64,000 bases of DNA from Deinococcus sp. (lineage in GTDB: Bacteria > Deinococcota > Deinococci > Deinococcales > Deinococcaceae), in contig OZ253375.1 in assembly GCA_965261005.1 (NCBI GenBank), forward strand, positions 1,376,001-1,440,000, given 5' to 3'. Below the pieces are notes generated by a model that saw only the letters and a program-made list of their open reading frames with translations, searched no databases and had not been told where the DNA came from. The position numbers were made by a program, and so were the translations under genes. Shown here in pieces: positions 30,353 through 42,326 of the stretch. Every line of letters starts with the position of its first letter. Position 1 is the first letter of the stretch.

Positions 30353-32335
30353 ATGAGCGAAGACAGGACCAGCGACCAGACCTTTTACGTCACCACCGCC
30401 ATCGACTACCTGACCGGGCCGCCGCACCTCGGGCACGTGTTTGAAAAGGTTTTGGCCGATTCCCTGGCGCGCTACCACCGCCTCGCCGGCTGGGACACCT
30501 ACTTCCTGACCGGCACCGACGAGCACGGCGAGCGCATCGTGAAGCTGGCCCGCGAGCAGGGCAAGACGCCGCAGCAGTTCGCCGACGACCTCTCGAGTGG
30601 CGCCTTCCGCGCGACCTACGACAGGTTGGAGATCAGCTACGACGACTTCATCCGCACCACCGAGACCCGGCACAAGACCTTCGTGCAGCAGATCTTGCAG
30701 CGGGTCTATGACGCGGGCGACATCTACTACGCCGAGTACGAGGGGCTGTACAGCCTGGGCGCCGAGCGCTTCGTGACCGAAAAGGAACTGGTCGGGGGCA
30801 TCCTGCCCGGCGACAAGGAGCCGCCCGAGCTGCGGCGCGAGGCGAACTACTTCTTCCGCATGGAGAAGTACCAAGACTGGCTGCGCGCCCACATCCAGGA
30901 ACACCCGCAGTTCATCCGGCCCGGCGGCTACCGCAACGAGGTGCTGGAAATTCTGCGCGAACCCATCGGCGACCTCTCGATTTCGCGGCCCAAGTCGCGC
31001 GTGCCGTGGGGCATCGAGCTGCCGTGGGACCCGGACCACGTGACCTACGTGTGGTTCGACGCCCTCCTGAATTACGTCTCGGCCCTGGCCGTTTTTCCTA
31101 CAGATGGTGCTGATGGACACCTCTTCGAGCGGTATTGGAAGCGCGCCTGGCACGTGATCGGCAAGGACATTCTCAAGCCGCACGCCGTCTTTTGGCCGAC
31201 CATGCTGCGCGCCGCCGGGTTGCCCCTCTACGACAAGCTGGTGGTCCACGCGCACATCCTGGCCGAGGACGGGCGCAAGATGGGCAAGAGCCTGGGGAAC
31301 GCGATTGACCCGGTCAAGTTGATCGACGACTACGGCCCCGACGCGGTGCGCTACACCCTGCTGCGCGAAACGACCCTGGACCGCGACACCCCTTACGGCG
31401 AGAACATCCTGCGCGCCCGCTTGGAGAGCGACCTCGCCAACGACCTGGGCAACTTGCTGTCGCGCACGGTCAGCATGGTGCAGAAGTACCGGGGCGGCGC
31501 CGTGCCGGCACCCGGCGAGCTTGGCGAACGCGAGCGCGGCATCGAGGTACGGGCGCGGGCCTTGCCGGGCGAGGTCATGCAGCTGGTGCGCGACCTCAAG
31601 GTGAGCCAGGCGCTGGAGTCCAGCATGGAGTTCGTGCGGGGGCTGAACCGCTACATCGCCGAGAGCAAGCCGTGGGACCTCGCCAAGAAAGACGAGACGG
31701 GAGGACAGCTCGACACCAACGGCTCGCCCAGCGAAGCCGGGTCGCGCCTCGACACGGTGCTTTACACGGCGGTGGAGGGCCTGCGGGTGGCGAGCGTCCT
31801 GCTGGAGGCGGCCATCCCCGCCAAGGCCGCCGCGCTGAGGGGGCAACTCGGCCTGAACGAGCAGTACAAGCTGGAGGCCGCCTGGGGCCTGACCCCGCCG
31901 GGAACGCAGGTGGTCGGCGGCCCGGTCCTCTTTCCCAAGACCTACGAGACCAAAGCATCCGAAAGTGAGCCGAACAAAGCCGTGACCGACACCCCCACTC
32001 CACCAACTCCCGAAATCACCATCGAGGACTTTGCCAAGCTCGATTTGCGCCTCGCAGAAGTCATCGCCGCCGAGGCCGTCCCCAAGGCGGACAAGCTCCT
32101 GAAGCTGACCGTCCGGCTGGGCGAGGAGGAGCGCACCGTCGTGAGCGGCATTCGCCAGTGGTTCGCCCCGGAAGACCTGATAGGGCGTCAGGTGGTGCTG
32201 GTCGCCAATTTGAAGCCGGTCAAGCTGCGCGGCATTCTCAGCCAGGGCATGATTTTGGCCGCCGAGGACGCCGAGGGGCGGCTGGACGTGGTGGGCACCC
32301 AGTTGGATTTGCCGAGCGGGACGAGGGTGCGTTAG
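30353..32335 (+). CDS. metG: methionine--tRNA ligase with C-terminal Trbp111-like domain
   Basis: HLGH, GTDEHG, YVWFDAL, KMGKS, C-terminal ANLKP..LRG..SQGM. Confidence 0.97.
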   Translation: MSEDRTSDQTFYVTTAIDYLTGPPHLGHVFEKVLADSLARYHRLAGWDTYFLTGTDEHGERIVKLAREQGKTPQQFADDLSSGAFRATYDRLEISYDDFIRTTETRHKTFVQQILQRVYDAGDIYYAEYEGLYSLGAERFVTEKELVGGILPGDKEPPELRREANYFFRMEKYQDWLRAHIQEHPQFIRPGGYRNEVLEILREPIGDLSISRPKSRVPWGIELPWDPDHVTYVWFDALLNYVSALAVFPTDGADGHLFERYWKRAWHVIGKDILKPHAVFWPTMLRAAGLPLYDKLVVHAHILAEDGRKMGKSLGNAIDPVKLIDDYGPDAVRYTLLRETTLDRDTPYGENILRARLESDLANDLGNLLSRTVSMVQKYRGGAVPAPGELGERERGIEVRARALPGEVMQLVRDLKVSQALESSMEFVRGLNRYIAESKPWDLAKKDETGGQLDTNGSPSEAGSRLDTVLYTAVEGLRVASVLLEAAIPAKAAALRGQLGLNEQYKLEAAWGLTPPGTQVVGGPVLFPKTYETKASESEPNKAVTDTPTPPTPEITIEDFAKLDLRLAEVIAAEAVPKADKLLKLTVRLGEEERTVVSGIRQWFAPEDLIGRQVVLVANLKPVKLRGILSQGMILAAEDAEGRLDVVGTQLDLPSGTRVR

Positions 32336-33783
32336 GCCGGCAGCAGCACCAGAGCGCTTCGCGGCGCCAGCTCGAAGTTCTGTTCCCCCGCAAGCTCGAA
32401 CATCTCGCCGCCCAGCACCTCGGCGTAGCGGCCCGGCCGCAGGTCCGCCAGGTCCAACGAACGCGCCTCCAAACCCGCGTTGAGCAGGATGTAAGCGCTC
32501 TGGTCCCCCAGTGTGCGCCGGTACGCCAGCATCTCGCCCTCCACCCTCAGCACCTCGAAGTCGCCGCGCGTGAGAAGTTGGCTGTGCCGGCGCGCGTGCG
32601 CGAGGCGGCGGGTCAGGTCCAGCGTCCCCGCGTTCCAGCTGTCCCGGTCCCCCCACGGAAAGGCGCCCCGGCAGTCCGGGTCGGGGCCGCCCGTCAGGCC
32701 GATCTCGTCGCCGTAGTAGATGCACGGCGCGCCCAAATAGGTCATCTGAAAGATGGTCGCCAGCTGGGAGGCGCCCTCGTCCCCCCCGGCGGCGGTGGGA
32801 AAGCGGGCGGTGTCGTGCGAGCCGAGCAGGTTGAGCTGCGCCTGGGCAATTTCGCTGGGGTGCGCGCGAGCCAGCTCGGTCACGCGCTGGGCGAAGGTGG
32901 AGGCGTCCAAAGTCGGCACGAAACCGATGCCGCTCGCCCCGTTGACAACCTGGTTGAGCGTGCGCGCCGCGAAGAAGCCCAGGCACAGCCGGGTGAACTG
33001 GTAGTTCATCACGGCGTCGAACTGGTCGCCGGCCAGCCAACGAGAAGGGTCGTCCCAAATCTCGCCGACGATGTAGGCGTCCGAATTCACGGCCTTGACG
33101 CGCCGCCTGAACTCGCGCCAAAAGGCGTCGTCGTCAATCTCGTTGGGCACGTCCAGGCGCCAGCCGTCGATGCCGAACTCGGTCCAGCGCGTCGCCACCC
33201 CCAGCAAAAACTCGCGCACGGCGGGCGTCCCGGTGTTGAACTTGGGCAGGGCGCGATTGTTCCACCAGCTTTGGTAGTTGGCGGGCTGGGTCATGTCGTA
33301 GGGGCGCAGCGGAAAGCCCTCGACGTGAAACCAGTCCAGGTAGGCGCTGTCCTGGCCGTTTTCCAGAATGTCGCTGAACTGAAAGAAGCCCCGGCTGGCG
33401 TGGTTGAACACCCCGTCGAGGACCACCTTGACGCCGCGCGCGTGGGCCGCCTCCAGGAGTTCCCTCAGCGCGGCGTCGCCGCCCAGCATGGGGTCCACGT
33501 GCAGGTAGTCGTGGGTGTGATAGCGGTGGTTGCTGGCCGACTGAAACACCGGGCAAAAGTAGATCGCGCTGACGCCGAGGTCGGCCAGATACTCCAAGTG
33601 CTCGGCCACGCCCAGCAAATCGCCCCCCTGGTACTTGTGAATCTGCGGCCTCTCGCCCCACGGCTGCAAAAAGGTGGGCTTGGGCACACGGTCACTCTTG
33701 GCGAAGCGGTCGGGGAAAATTTGGTAGAAGACGGCGTCCTTGACCCAGTCGGGCGTGTGAATGGCGGGTTCGGCTTGGCTCAT
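32332..33783 (-). CDS. GH13 alpha-glycosidase (neopullulanase/cyclomaltodextrinase-like)
   Basis: [34 protein letters not shown]. Confidence 0.94.
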   Translation of the reverse strand: MSQAEPAIHTPDWVKDAVFYQIFPDRFAKSDRVPKPTFLQPWGERPQIHKYQGGDLLGVAEHLEYLADLGVSAIYFCPVFQSASNHRYHTHDYLHVDPMLGGDAALRELLEAAHARGVKVVLDGVFNHASRGFFQFSDILENGQDSAYLDWFHVEGFPLRPYDMTQPANYQSWWNNRALPKFNTGTPAVREFLLGVATRWTEFGIDGWRLDVPNEIDDDAFWREFRRRVKAVNSDAYIVGEIWDDPSRWLAGDQFDAVMNYQFTRLCLGFFAARTLNQVVNGASGIGFVPTLDASTFAQRVTELARAHPSEIAQAQLNLLGSHDTARFPTAAGGDEGASQLATIFQMTYLGAPCIYYGDEIGLTGGPDPDCRGAFPWGDRDSWNAGTLDLTRRLAHARRHSQLLTRGDFEVLRVEGEMLAYRRTLGDQSAYILLNAGLEARSLDLADLRPGRYAEVLGGEMFELAGEQNFELAPRSALVLLPA

Positions 33784-35072
33784 CCGTCCGAGTGTAGGGC
33801 CTGGGCGTGCCAAGCCTGTAGAAGGGCGCGGGCCTCCTGCGGCGTCCCCACATCCCCCAGCGCCCGCGCCTCGGCCACGGCGCGCAGGGCGGCCCCAACT
33901 TCGGGGCCGGGGGGCAGCCCCAGCAGGGCCATCACGTCCTCGCCGCGCAGCAGCGGCTCCGGCGCGGCGGGCGCCTCCTCCAGCGCCGCCAGCACCAAGC
34001 TGAAGCCGCGCCGGTACGCCAGGCGCGACCCTTCGCTCGACTGGGGACCGCGCCCGGCCTCGCGGTCGGCCAGCATCAGGGCCAGCACATCGGGCAGTAG
34101 GTCGCGGCGGCGGTGGACGAAGCGCTTGGCCTCGCGCTCGTTTCCCGGCAGCGGGACCATGTGGGCGGCGACCAGCTTGGCGGCGCGCTCTACCACGTCG
34201 CCGGGGAAGCGCAGCCGCGTCAGGATCTGCCTCGTCAGCTCGGCGCCACGCTTGTCGTGGCCGTAGAAGCGGGTGTACCCCCGCTCGGGGTCCGGGGTGG
34301 CCGTGCCCGGCTTGCCCACGTCGTGCAGCAGGGTCGCGAGGCGCAGCGTGAGGCCCGCGTCCGCAAAGCGCGCCAACAGCTGGTGCAGCGCCTCCACGCC
34401 GTGGTGAAATACGTCGAGGTGGTGAAAGCCGCCCTGAACCACGCCAATGCCCTCGCGCAGCTCGGGCAGGTAGAGGTCCAGCAAGCCGAGCCGTTCCAGC
34501 AGCAAAACGCCGTGGGCCGCGTCGCGGTGGCCCAACAAAGCGCTCAGCTCGTCGCGCACCCGCTCGGGGGCAGGGGGGGACAAGCCGGCGCGGGCCAGCC
34601 GCTGCACCGCCGCCTCGGTCTCCCCCTCCAAGCGAAACCCCAGCGTGACCGACAACCGCGCCGCGCGCAGCAGGCGCAGGGGGTCGGCAACCAAATTTGC
34701 CTCGGAGACCATCCGCAAAGTTTTGCGGCGCAAATCAGCCCGACCATTTAAAGGGTCAAGCACGCGCCCATTTTCCCGCAGGGCCAGGGCGTTCACGCTG
34801 AAGTCGCGCCGCAATAAGTCGTCCACCGGGTCGGGCGGCATGGGCACGAAGTCGTGCTGCACGCCGCCGGCCGTCGCACGCCAAAAGCCGCGCTCCGGGT
34901 CGAGGGGAAAGGCGCTGCCGCCGAGCCGGACCGCCGTGTCCTCGGCCGCCCCCTGCGGATCAGGGGCCAGCCAGTCGAAGTCCTTTGGCTCCACCCCGCG
35001 CAGCCAGTCGCGCGCCGCCCCGCCGACCAGCAGGGCGCCGGGGGGGAAAGGGGGCAGCTTGCGCCGGAACAT
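33780..35072 (-). CDS. class II tRNA nucleotidyltransferase with HD domain (probably CC-adding)
   Basis: [40 protein letters not shown]. Confidence 0.88.
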   Translation of the reverse strand: MFRRKLPPFPPGALLVGGAARDWLRGVEPKDFDWLAPDPQGAAEDTAVRLGGSAFPLDPERGFWRATAGGVQHDFVPMPPDPVDDLLRRDFSVNALALRENGRVLDPLNGRADLRRKTLRMVSEANLVADPLRLLRAARLSVTLGFRLEGETEAAVQRLARAGLSPPAPERVRDELSALLGHRDAAHGVLLLERLGLLDLYLPELREGIGVVQGGFHHLDVFHHGVEALHQLLARFADAGLTLRLATLLHDVGKPGTATPDPERGYTRFYGHDKRGAELTRQILTRLRFPGDVVERAAKLVAAHMVPLPGNEREAKRFVHRRRDLLPDVLALMLADREAGRGPQSSEGSRLAYRRGFSLVLAALEEAPAAPEPLLRGEDVMALLGLPPGPEVGAALRAVAEARALGDVGTPQEARALLQAWHAQALHSDG

Positions 35073-36662
35073 CTACCCGGCGCGCACGCCCTGCAAGGCC
35101 TCCAAGAGCCGCTGACCGTCGGGGCTGCCCAGGCCGGTGCAGGGGTCCCAGCCCGGCCCGGCCTGATAAGCGCCGTTGCCGCCCTGCGTGACGTCACGCA
35201 GCACGCCGGACAGGGCGTACAGCTGTGGGTTCAGGAAGCCGACGTTTTCGCCACCGGCCTGGGTGAGCGCCTCGTTCAACCGCGCGATAAGGCCGGCCCA
35301 CAGCGGGGCCACCGCGCTGGTGCCGCCGAAGACCTGTTGCTGGCCGTCCACCAAAATGCGGTAGCCGGTCTGCGGATCGGCCAAGCCCGCCACGTCCGGC
35401 ACCCCGCGCCCGGGGGCATGACCGGGGTTGACCGAGGCCGGCACGTTCACGCCCGCTTGGTAGTCGGGCAGCGGAAAGGCGGCACTGATTCCGCCGCCGG
35501 TGGCGCCCCGCCCGGGGCCGTTGTTCCAGACGGTCTCGCTCTTGATCTGCCCGTTCTCGGTGAGCAGGCGCGTGCCGCCGCAGCCGGTGGCAAAGGGACT
35601 CGACGCCGGAAAGTCCACGTTGGCGTCCGTCGCGCCGGGCCGGTCCCCCGACCCATTATCGCCCGCCGCGCACAGCACCGTGACGCCCAGGGCCGCCGCC
35701 GCCCGGAACGCCTCGGTCATGATCTTGCGCGACTGCTCGGTCCAGTCACTTTCCGGGGCGCCCCAGCTGATCGAGATGACCGAGGGGCGGCGCCTCGCGT
35801 CGTGCAGGGCGCTCAGCACGGCGCTCACGAACCCCTGGTCGGTGTTGGGCGCGAAGTACACCGCCATGCTCGCGCCGGGGGCAGTCGCGCCGGCCACCTC
35901 GATGTCGAGCAGCACCTCGCCGTCGGGGCCGTTCGCCTCGCCGGTGGGCTGGTTGCGCGCGCCCAGCACCGACACGGCGCTCAGCTTGGGGGGCTTGATG
36001 TTGAGGGAGCGAAAGTAAGCGTCCACGTCCGCCTTGCGGTAGCCGCCGCCCAGCTCGATCAGGGCGATGGTCTGCCCGGCGCCGCTGTAGGCCTCCGGGA
36101 AGCGGTAGAGCCTCGCCACCTCGGGCGCCCCGAAGGCGGCGGCGACGACGCGGGCCATAATGCTCGTCACTGGACTGTCCGGCTCCGAACCCAGGAGACG
36201 GAAGTGCGCCTGTGCCTGCCGGCGGTCGTCGAGGCCCAACACACCCTCCACCACGCCCGCCAAGTCGCTTGGCACCGTGATGGAACCGCTGCGCCCGCGA
36301 AAGGTAACGCCCCCGAGTTCGTAGAGCTTCAAGGTGACGCCAAAGGCGGCCTCCATGTGGGCGAGGTCCCCGACCAGCACCACCGTGCGCTGAGCGACGT
36401 TTTCGCGCCGTACCGTCAATTGAAAGTCGCTCGCGAAGCGCTCGACGCGGGCCAAGTCGGCGGGGTCGGCCCCATACGCCTCGGCGAAGCGCTCGCGGCT
36501 GAGCGGCTCAGCGCTGACCCTGGGCGCAATCGGCGCCTTCCCCCTTAAGCGCACCGTCACCTCCAACGTTTCACCGGGGTCAGGCGCGCCGATGGGGTGG
36601 GCGCGGGTGGGCAAGGTTTTTTCGCTGCCAGGGACGATAACGCGCTCTGTTGGTGTGGACAT
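35073..36662 (-). CDS. S53 peptidase (kumamolisin-like) with propeptide
   Basis: EVLLDIE, SISWG, AAGDNG, GGTSAVAP, GWDPCTGLG; GGAGG RBS. Confidence 0.95.
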   Translation of the reverse strand: MSTPTERVIVPGSEKTLPTRAHPIGAPDPGETLEVTVRLRGKAPIAPRVSAEPLSRERFAEAYGADPADLARVERFASDFQLTVRRENVAQRTVVLVGDLAHMEAAFGVTLKLYELGGVTFRGRSGSITVPSDLAGVVEGVLGLDDRRQAQAHFRLLGSEPDSPVTSIMARVVAAAFGAPEVARLYRFPEAYSGAGQTIALIELGGGYRKADVDAYFRSLNIKPPKLSAVSVLGARNQPTGEANGPDGEVLLDIEVAGATAPGASMAVYFAPNTDQGFVSAVLSALHDARRRPSVISISWGAPESDWTEQSRKIMTEAFRAAAALGVTVLCAAGDNGSGDRPGATDANVDFPASSPFATGCGGTRLLTENGQIKSETVWNNGPGRGATGGGISAAFPLPDYQAGVNVPASVNPGHAPGRGVPDVAGLADPQTGYRILVDGQQQVFGGTSAVAPLWAGLIARLNEALTQAGGENVGFLNPQLYALSGVLRDVTQGGNGAYQAGPGWDPCTGLGSPDGQRLLEALQGVRAG

Positions 36663-36679
36663 GTCGCCTCCTCGGACGA

Positions 36680-36696
36680 TTATGTTATCACCGTAA
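36680..36696. promoter_or_regulatory. RDRM-like 17-bp palindrome (candidate DdrO site)
   Basis: TTATGTTATCACCGTAA fits TT(A/C)(T/C)G-N7-C(A/G)(T/G)AA; lies just upstream of the S53 start. Confidence 0.5.
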
Positions 36697-36749
36697 TGAC
36701 CCGACCATCTGGACACCACCTTTGTCGCTTGCTAAGCTACGGGCCGCTT

Positions 36750-36824
<75 letters not shown>

Positions 36825-36826
36825 AG

Positions 36827-36852
36827 AAAAACACCGTCTGAGGCGGTGTTTT
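36827..36852 (+). terminator. terminator after tRNA-Ala
   Basis: AAAACACCGTC TGA GGCGGTGTTTT. Confidence 0.8.
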
Positions 36853-36983
36853 TGCTTTCTGGCTTGTGACGCTAGACAGGACCTTCAGGGAACAACCAGA
36901 AGCCAGTCCACCCGAAAGCTTCACACAACAACTTCCCGAACTCCACTCACGCCGGCAAGCCACACTGAACGCCAGGAGGTCAC

Positions 36984-37307
36984 ATGGCAGACAGCATCGG
37001 TGTTCCCAAGAAGGTGCAGCAAAACGCGCAGGAGGGCCTGGATTTGCACGAGCAGTACGGGCGCGGCGGCACCGACCCCGGTTTGGAAACGGCGCGCAAG
37101 CTCGCGAAGGGCGAACACCTCAGCTTGGACGAGGTGAAGCACATTGCCAACTACTTTCCGCGCCACGCGAAAGACAACCTCGACGAGGACGGCTCCGGCG
37201 ACGAGAAGCCCAGCAACGGCTACATCGCTTGGCAACTGTGGGGCGGCGACGAGGGCCGCGAGTGGGCCACCAAGCACAAGGAGGAGGACGAAAAGGGCGA
37301 GAAGTAG
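36984..37307 (+). CDS. small conserved hypothetical protein
   Basis: GGAGG RBS; GGT.PG..TARKLA..LS, YFPRH, IAWQLWGGD motifs; high-GC3 codon usage. Confidence 0.8.
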   Translation: MADSIGVPKKVQQNAQEGLDLHEQYGRGGTDPGLETARKLAKGEHLSLDEVKHIANYFPRHAKDNLDEDGSGDEKPSNGYIAWQLWGGDEGREWATKHKEEDEKGEK

Positions 37308-37313
37308 GCGGCT

Positions 37314-37792
37314 GAGCTTCCGGCGGTCCCCCACCCCCCAACCCCCCTACCCCCGCCGGGGTAGGGGGGCTTTCCGCTGCGCTCGGCATGGCACGTTGGA
37401 CCGCAGGGGTAAGCCTGTGTCGTGCTATATGGTCCGCGCGAGGGGAAATTCATGCCGCTTTTTAAGCCCTCTACATGGCCGGTGGAGTACGCTTTTGGTC
37501 GCTGGTGGGCCAAATACCAAGGCCCGCACGTCATCATCTTTTCTCCCCTCCCCACCTGAGGGGGAGGGGCCGGGGGTGGTGGGAAACCGCCATCCGCCCC
37601 CATTTCTTTATGACCGGCTCACCGCCTTTGCACCAAGGGTCTTTCATGTGGGCGGCAGTGACCCGATAACGAATCCAGCGAGTCAAAGCGGCCTACCGCT
37701 CCAGCCGCACAACGTGCCGAGCGCAGCGAAAAGCCCCCTGCCCCCTTTGGGGGTAGGGGGTTGGGGGTGGGGGTAAGCCCACCGGAAAGCTC
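37314..37792. mobile_element. long-IR non-coding element (family C), 479 bp, with nested family A repeat at 37543-37583
   Basis: About 75-bp imperfect terminal IRs; homologous to 59621-60045. Confidence 0.85.
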
Positions 37793-37795
37793 AAC

Positions 37796-38989
37796 TCACG
37801 CCGGAAACGCCTCAAACACCCCCGCCGCCCCCTGTCCACCGCCGACGCACATGGTCACCACGCCGTACCGCCCGCCACGCCGCCGCAACTCATGCAGCAA
37901 GGTGGCCGTCAGCTTGGCGCCGGTCGCCCCTTCCGGGTGGCCCAGGGCGATGGCGCCGCCGTTGACGTTCACCTTTTCCGGGTCCAGGCCAAGCTCGCGG
38001 ATGACGGCGAGGGACTGCGACGCGAAGGCCTCGTTCAGCTCCCACAAGTCAATGTCAGGAACCTCCAGCCCGGCCAGCTTGAGCGCCCTTGGCACTGCCG
38101 CCACCGGGCCGATGCCCATCAGCTCCGGCGCCACGCCCGCCACCGCGAAGGAGATGAAGCGCCCAATCGGTTTGAGGCCCAATTCTTCGGCCTTACTCGC
38201 GCTCATCACGACCGCCGCCGCCGCGCCGTCCGAGTAGGGGGAGCTGTTGCCGGCCGTCACGCTGCCACCCTGCTTGAAGGCGGGCCGCAGCTTGCCGAGC
38301 GCCTCCAGATTGGTGTCGCGGCGGATCAGCTCGTCTTGGTCGAAGGTGAGGGTCTCGACCGTCGGCTTTTTGCCACTCAGCGTGTCCACCCGCACCGGCA
38401 CCGGCACGATCTCTTCGTCAAACTTGCCCGCGTCCTGTGCCGCCGCCGCCCGCGTGTGGCTCTGAAGCGCGAAAGCGTCTTGGTCCTCGCGGCTGACGCC
38501 GTACTTTTCGGCCACGTTCTCGGCGGTCAGGCCCATGCTCATGTAGGCGCCGGGGCGCTGGTCCACCAGCTCGGGGTTGGGGGAGAACACGTTGCCGGTC
38601 TGCGGCACCATGGTCATGCTCTCCAAACCGCCCGCCACAATCACGTCGTTCCAGCCGGCCCGAATGCTGGCCGCCGCCTGCGCGATGGTTTGAAGCCCAG
38701 AGGAGCAAAAGCGGTTGACGGTCACGCCCGCCACCTCGTCGGGCAGCCCCGCGCGTAGCGCGACCAGTCGGGCCACGTTCAACCCCTGCTCGCCCTCGGG
38801 AAAGGCGCAGCCGAGAATGAGGTCTTCGACGAGGGCCGGGTCAATGCCCGCGCGCTTTACGGCCTCGTCCACGGCCAGCGCGGCGATCTCGTCGGAGCGG
38901 GTGTTGGCGAGAATCCCTTTGATGCCGCGCCCGACCGGGGTGCGGACGGCGGAGAGGATAACGGCGTCGTTATTTTGGGGTTGGGTCAT
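37796..38989 (-). CDS. fadA: acetyl-CoA C-acyltransferase (thiolase)
   Basis: [26 protein letters not shown]. Confidence 0.95.
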   Translation of the reverse strand: MTQPQNNDAVILSAVRTPVGRGIKGILANTRSDEIAALAVDEAVKRAGIDPALVEDLILGCAFPEGEQGLNVARLVALRAGLPDEVAGVTVNRFCSSGLQTIAQAAASIRAGWNDVIVAGGLESMTMVPQTGNVFSPNPELVDQRPGAYMSMGLTAENVAEKYGVSREDQDAFALQSHTRAAAAQDAGKFDEEIVPVPVRVDTLSGKKPTVETLTFDQDELIRRDTNLEALGKLRPAFKQGGSVTAGNSSPYSDGAAAAVVMSASKAEELGLKPIGRFISFAVAGVAPELMGIGPVAAVPRALKLAGLEVPDIDLWELNEAFASQSLAVIRELGLDPEKVNVNGGAIALGHPEGATGAKLTATLLHELRRRGGRYGVVTMCVGGGQGAAGVFEAFPA

Positions 38990-39016
38990 GATTGTCCTTT
39001 GTTTGAAGCTTGCTTC

Positions 39017-39060
39017 GCTCCCCTCTCCCCTGGCGAGAGAGGGGCCGGGGGTGAGTGGGG
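39017..39060. repeat. REP-like palindromic repeat (family A)
   Basis: CCCCTCTC..GAGAGGGG CCGGGGGTGAG between fadN-like gene and thiolase. Confidence 0.8.
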
Positions 39061-39083
39061 TGCCGTCCAAGCCGGCTTCATCC

Positions 39084-41453
39084 TCAGTTCCTCAGCGGCT
39101 TCCCGGTCTTCAGCGTGTGCGCGATGCGCTCCTGGGTCTTGCGCTTGCCCGTCAGCGTCAAGAACGCCTCGCGCTCCAAGTCGAGCAGGTACTGCTCGCT
39201 GACCCGCGCGTTGCGGTTGACCAGGTGGCCGCCGCTCAAGACCTTCGCCACCTGCAAGCCGACCTCGCGGTCGTACTCGCTGATCTGCCCGCCCTCAACC
39301 ATGCCGTAGAGGGCGGCCTTGACGGTGGCAATGCCCTGCTCGCCCATCACGGGGATGTCCCCGCGCATCACGGGCTGGACGTAGCCGGGGGCGAGTTCGA
39401 GGACCTTGCGCTTGGCGTCCCCCAGCAGGCGGTCGCGGTTCATGCTGATCTCGTCGCCGCCCTTCAGAAAGCCGAGGGCGCGGGCCTCCTGGGCGCTCGC
39501 GCTGGTCTTGGCGGTGCCGATCAGCTCAAAGGCGCGCTGGACGGCGGGCATGGGGGGTTGGCCGCTCAGTTGCTGGTCGGTGAAGCGCAGCAGCAGTTCC
39601 TTGGTGCCGCCACCGCCGGGAATCAAGCCGACGCCGGCTTCCACCAGGCCCATGTAGGTCTCGGCGCCCGCCTGGACGCTGTCGGCGTGCAAGGTCATCT
39701 CGGCGCCACCGCCGAGGGTCAGGCCGAAGGGGGCCACGACGACCGGGTGCGGGCTGAATCTCATGGAAGTGGTCGCCCGCTGGAAGGTGCGGATGGCCTC
39801 GTCAATCTCGTCGAAGTCCCCCGCCTGGGCGTTCATCAGGATCAGGGCCAAATTCGCCCCGGCGCTGAAGTTCTCGCCCTGGTTGCCGACGACCAGGCCG
39901 GCGTAGCCCAGGTCCTCGACGGCCTTGTGGGCGGCGAAGACCATGCTGACGGCATCCTCCCCGAGGGCGTTCATCTTGCTGTGGAACTCCAGCAGCAGCA
40001 CCCCGTCGCCGATGTCGAGAACGCTGGCGCCCTGGTTCGACTTGACGACCTTGGAGGCGTCCTGCTTGAGGTCCTTCAGGATGAGATAGGGCGCTTCGTA
40101 GGGAACGCTCTCTCCCGCCGGCGTGACGACGGTGCCACCTTCGTAGAACTGGTCGCGGCCGGACCGCTTCATGGCCTGCAACAGCGGCGGCAGCTCGCGT
40201 CCGGTCGCCTCCAAGTCGGCGATCACCTTTTGCACGCCCAACACGTCCATCGTCTCGAACGGCCCCTGCTCCCAGCCGAAGCCCCACTTGAGGGCGTTGT
40301 CTATATCCGGGATGGAACCCGACACCACGCCCGCCATCTTGGCCGAGTACCAAAACAGGTCGTGCATCACGGCGCGCAGAAATTCCCCTTCGGGACCGCC
40401 CAGGTCGTGCAGCGCCCGCACCCGCTCGTTCAGGGGCAGATTGCGGATAGGCTCCAGGCTAGGCAGGCGCACTTTCCCCTTGTCCTCGTATTCCCAGGTG
40501 TCGAGGTTGAGCGTCAGGATGACCGTCTTGCCGTTCTGCCTGGTCTTTTTGTAGAACCCTTGGCCGGTCTTGTCACCCAGCCATTTTTTCTCTTCGACCA
40601 ATTCGATTAAAAAATCTGGCAGCGTGAAGTCCTCGTCGGGGCCGGTCGCGTTGCCCAGGTCGCGGCCGACGTGAGAGATGATGTCCAGGCCCGAGAGGTC
40701 GGCGGTACGGAAGCTGGCACTTTTGGGGCGGCCCAGGATGGGGCCGGTCAGGGTGTCCACCACGTCCGGGGTTAAGCCGGTCTTCTGCATGTGGCGCATG
40801 GTGCGGATCATGCCGTACACGCCGACGCGGTTGGCGATAAAGCCCGGCACGTCGTTCGCCACCACGACGCCCTTCCCCAGGTGAACGTCCCCGAACTCGG
40901 AGATGTCCCGAATCACCTCCGGCGCGGTGTCCCCCGTCGGGATCACCTCCAACAAGTGCAGGTAGCGCGGCGGGTTGAAGAAGTGCGTCCCCACGAAGCG
41001 GCGCCGGAAATCCTCGCCCCGACCCTCAACTTGCAGGTGCATGGGGATACCGCTGGAGTTGCTGGAGACGATGGCCGTGGGCTTGGCGACCCCCTCCAGC
41101 CGCGCCCACAGATCACGCTTGGCGTCCAGCCTCTCGATGATCGCCTCGACGATCCAGTCGGCGCCCGCCAGCTTGGCGAAGTCGTCCTCCAAGTTGCCGG
41201 GGGTGATCAGCCGGGCGTTTTCCCTCTCCATAAAGGCGGCGGGACTCGCCTTGAGGGCGCGCTGAAGGCCCGCCTTGGCGAGAAAGTTCCGGTCCTGCTG
41301 GTCCGGCAGCACGATGTCAAGGAGCAGCGTGGGAATGCCCGCGTTGGCGAGCTGGGCGGCGATGGCGGCGCCCATGGTGCCGGCGCCGATCACGGCGGCT
41401 TGATTGATGCGAGAGGCACGGCGCGCCTGCGTGTCTGACTCGTTGATCTTCAT
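39084..41453 (-). CDS. 3-hydroxyacyl-CoA dehydrogenase / enoyl-CoA hydratase (FadN-like)
   Basis: [22 protein letters not shown]-terminal [20 protein letters not shown]. Confidence 0.94.
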   Translation of the reverse strand: MKINESDTQARRASRINQAAVIGAGTMGAAIAAQLANAGIPTLLLDIVLPDQQDRNFLAKAGLQRALKASPAAFMERENARLITPGNLEDDFAKLAGADWIVEAIIERLDAKRDLWARLEGVAKPTAIVSSNSSGIPMHLQVEGRGEDFRRRFVGTHFFNPPRYLHLLEVIPTGDTAPEVIRDISEFGDVHLGKGVVVANDVPGFIANRVGVYGMIRTMRHMQKTGLTPDVVDTLTGPILGRPKSASFRTADLSGLDIISHVGRDLGNATGPDEDFTLPDFLIELVEEKKWLGDKTGQGFYKKTRQNGKTVILTLNLDTWEYEDKGKVRLPSLEPIRNLPLNERVRALHDLGGPEGEFLRAVMHDLFWYSAKMAGVVSGSIPDIDNALKWGFGWEQGPFETMDVLGVQKVIADLEATGRELPPLLQAMKRSGRDQFYEGGTVVTPAGESVPYEAPYLILKDLKQDASKVVKSNQGASVLDIGDGVLLLEFHSKMNALGEDAVSMVFAAHKAVEDLGYAGLVVGNQGENFSAGANLALILMNAQAGDFDEIDEAIRTFQRATTSMRFSPHPVVVAPFGLTLGGGAEMTLHADSVQAGAETYMGLVEAGVGLIPGGGGTKELLLRFTDQQLSGQPPMPAVQRAFELIGTAKTSASAQEARALGFLKGGDEISMNRDRLLGDAKRKVLELAPGYVQPVMRGDIPVMGEQGIATVKAALYGMVEGGQISEYDREVGLQVAKVLSGGHLVNRNARVSEQYLLDLEREAFLTLTGKRKTQERIAHTLKTGKPLRN

Positions 41454-41474
41454 AAACCTCCAGTTAGGGAAACG

Positions 41475-41489
41475 TTACACCGAGTCCAA
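41475..41489. promoter_or_regulatory. candidate FadR (TetR-type) operator
   Basis: TTACACCGAGTCCAA matches TTRNACYNRGTNYAA (Thermus FadR consensus, recalled); directly upstream of the beta-oxidation genes. Confidence 0.6.
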
Positions 41490-41549
41490 CAATTCCATCC
41501 GGGGCCGGCTTTGTCCAGGAGCCGGGGCACGATGAGTCCAAGGTTGATG

Positions 41550-41577
41550 TTCTTACTCTGCTATAATTGAGTAAGAA
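41550..41577 (+). promoter_or_regulatory. vapBC promoter/operator
   Basis: Perfect IR TTCTTACTC/GAGTAAGAA whose 10-bp spacer is the extended -10 TGCTATAAT(T). Confidence 0.8.
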
Positions 41578-41587
41578 AAGGAGCAGC

Positions 41588-41914
41588 ATGAAGGCAAAGG
41601 CGACCATCAGCAGCAAGGGGCAGCTCACGTTGCCAAAAGAAGTTCGGGAGCGGCTCGGCGTCGAGAAGGGCGACGAGGTCGAGTTCACCCTCGACGACCG
41701 GGGCGTTCACCTGCGGCCCAAGCGGGCGGGCGACAACCCCTTCTTGAGGTGGATCGAGGCTGGCCCACCGACCGGCCCGACCGAAGATATCCGGGAAGCC
41801 AGGCACGCCGGACTCAGCGAGCGGGAGCGCGAGTTGCTCACCCAGGGTCCGGGTGCCCGCGTCTTAACCGTTGCCGACCTGAGAGAAGAAGCCGACGTTG
41901 ATTACCGCCCTTGA
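41588..41914 (+). CDS. vapB: AbrB/MazE/SpoVT family antitoxin
   Basis: ISSKGQLTLPKEVRERLG..GDEVEF; overlaps PIN gene. Confidence 0.9.
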   Translation: MKAKATISSKGQLTLPKEVRERLGVEKGDEVEFTLDDRGVHLRPKRAGDNPFLRWIEAGPPTGPTEDIREARHAGLSERERELLTQGPGARVLTVADLREEADVDYRP

Positions 41915-42323
41915 CACCAACGCCCTAACCTTTTTATACGACCGGGCACCCCAGGCCCTTCTCATCAGTCAGGATTTGCATTGGCTGGCAAGTGCCGGCA
42001 GGTTGGTCATCTGCGGCGTGGTCTACGCCGAGCTGCTGGCCGGGGCGGGCCGCTCCAAAGCCAGGCTCGACGTGTTCCTCGAAGAAGGAGGCATAGAACT
42101 CGATTCGGACATGGGTGAGCGGGTCTGGTCGGAGGCAGGACGGGCGAACGCGGACTACCACGCGCGGCGCCGCGCGGGCGGCCTCACGAAGGAGAAGCCG
42201 GTGTTGCCGGACTTCCTGATTGGCGCGCACGCCCTTTGCCGCGCCGACCGGCTGTACACCGACAACGTGGGCGACTTCAGCGACTTTCCGAAGCTGACCA
42301 TCATCAAAGCGTCAACACGCTAA
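41898..42323 (+). CDS. vapC: PIN-domain toxin
   Basis: LDTN, VYAE, DFLIGAHA, TDN..DF acidic residues. Confidence 0.9.
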   Translation: MITALDTNALTFLYDRAPQALLISQDLHWLASAGRLVICGVVYAELLAGAGRSKARLDVFLEEGGIELDSDMGERVWSEAGRANADYHARRRAGGLTKEKPVLPDFLIGAHALCRADRLYTDNVGDFSDFPKLTIIKASTR

Positions 42324-42326
42324 CGC

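Noticed and set aside
30176..33121. 981-aa minus-strand ORF and similar long ORFs (6013-7737, 7966-9528, 32158-34266, 38715-40610, 54422-56257)
   Set aside because: Antisense or frame-shifted shadows of clearly recognisable genes, expected at this GC content; no motifs
37144..37776. ORFs crossing the family C elements (also 59877-61550 and the N-terminal extension of 58514-59698)
   Set aside because: Low-complexity translations of the repeat, not conserved as a frame between copies
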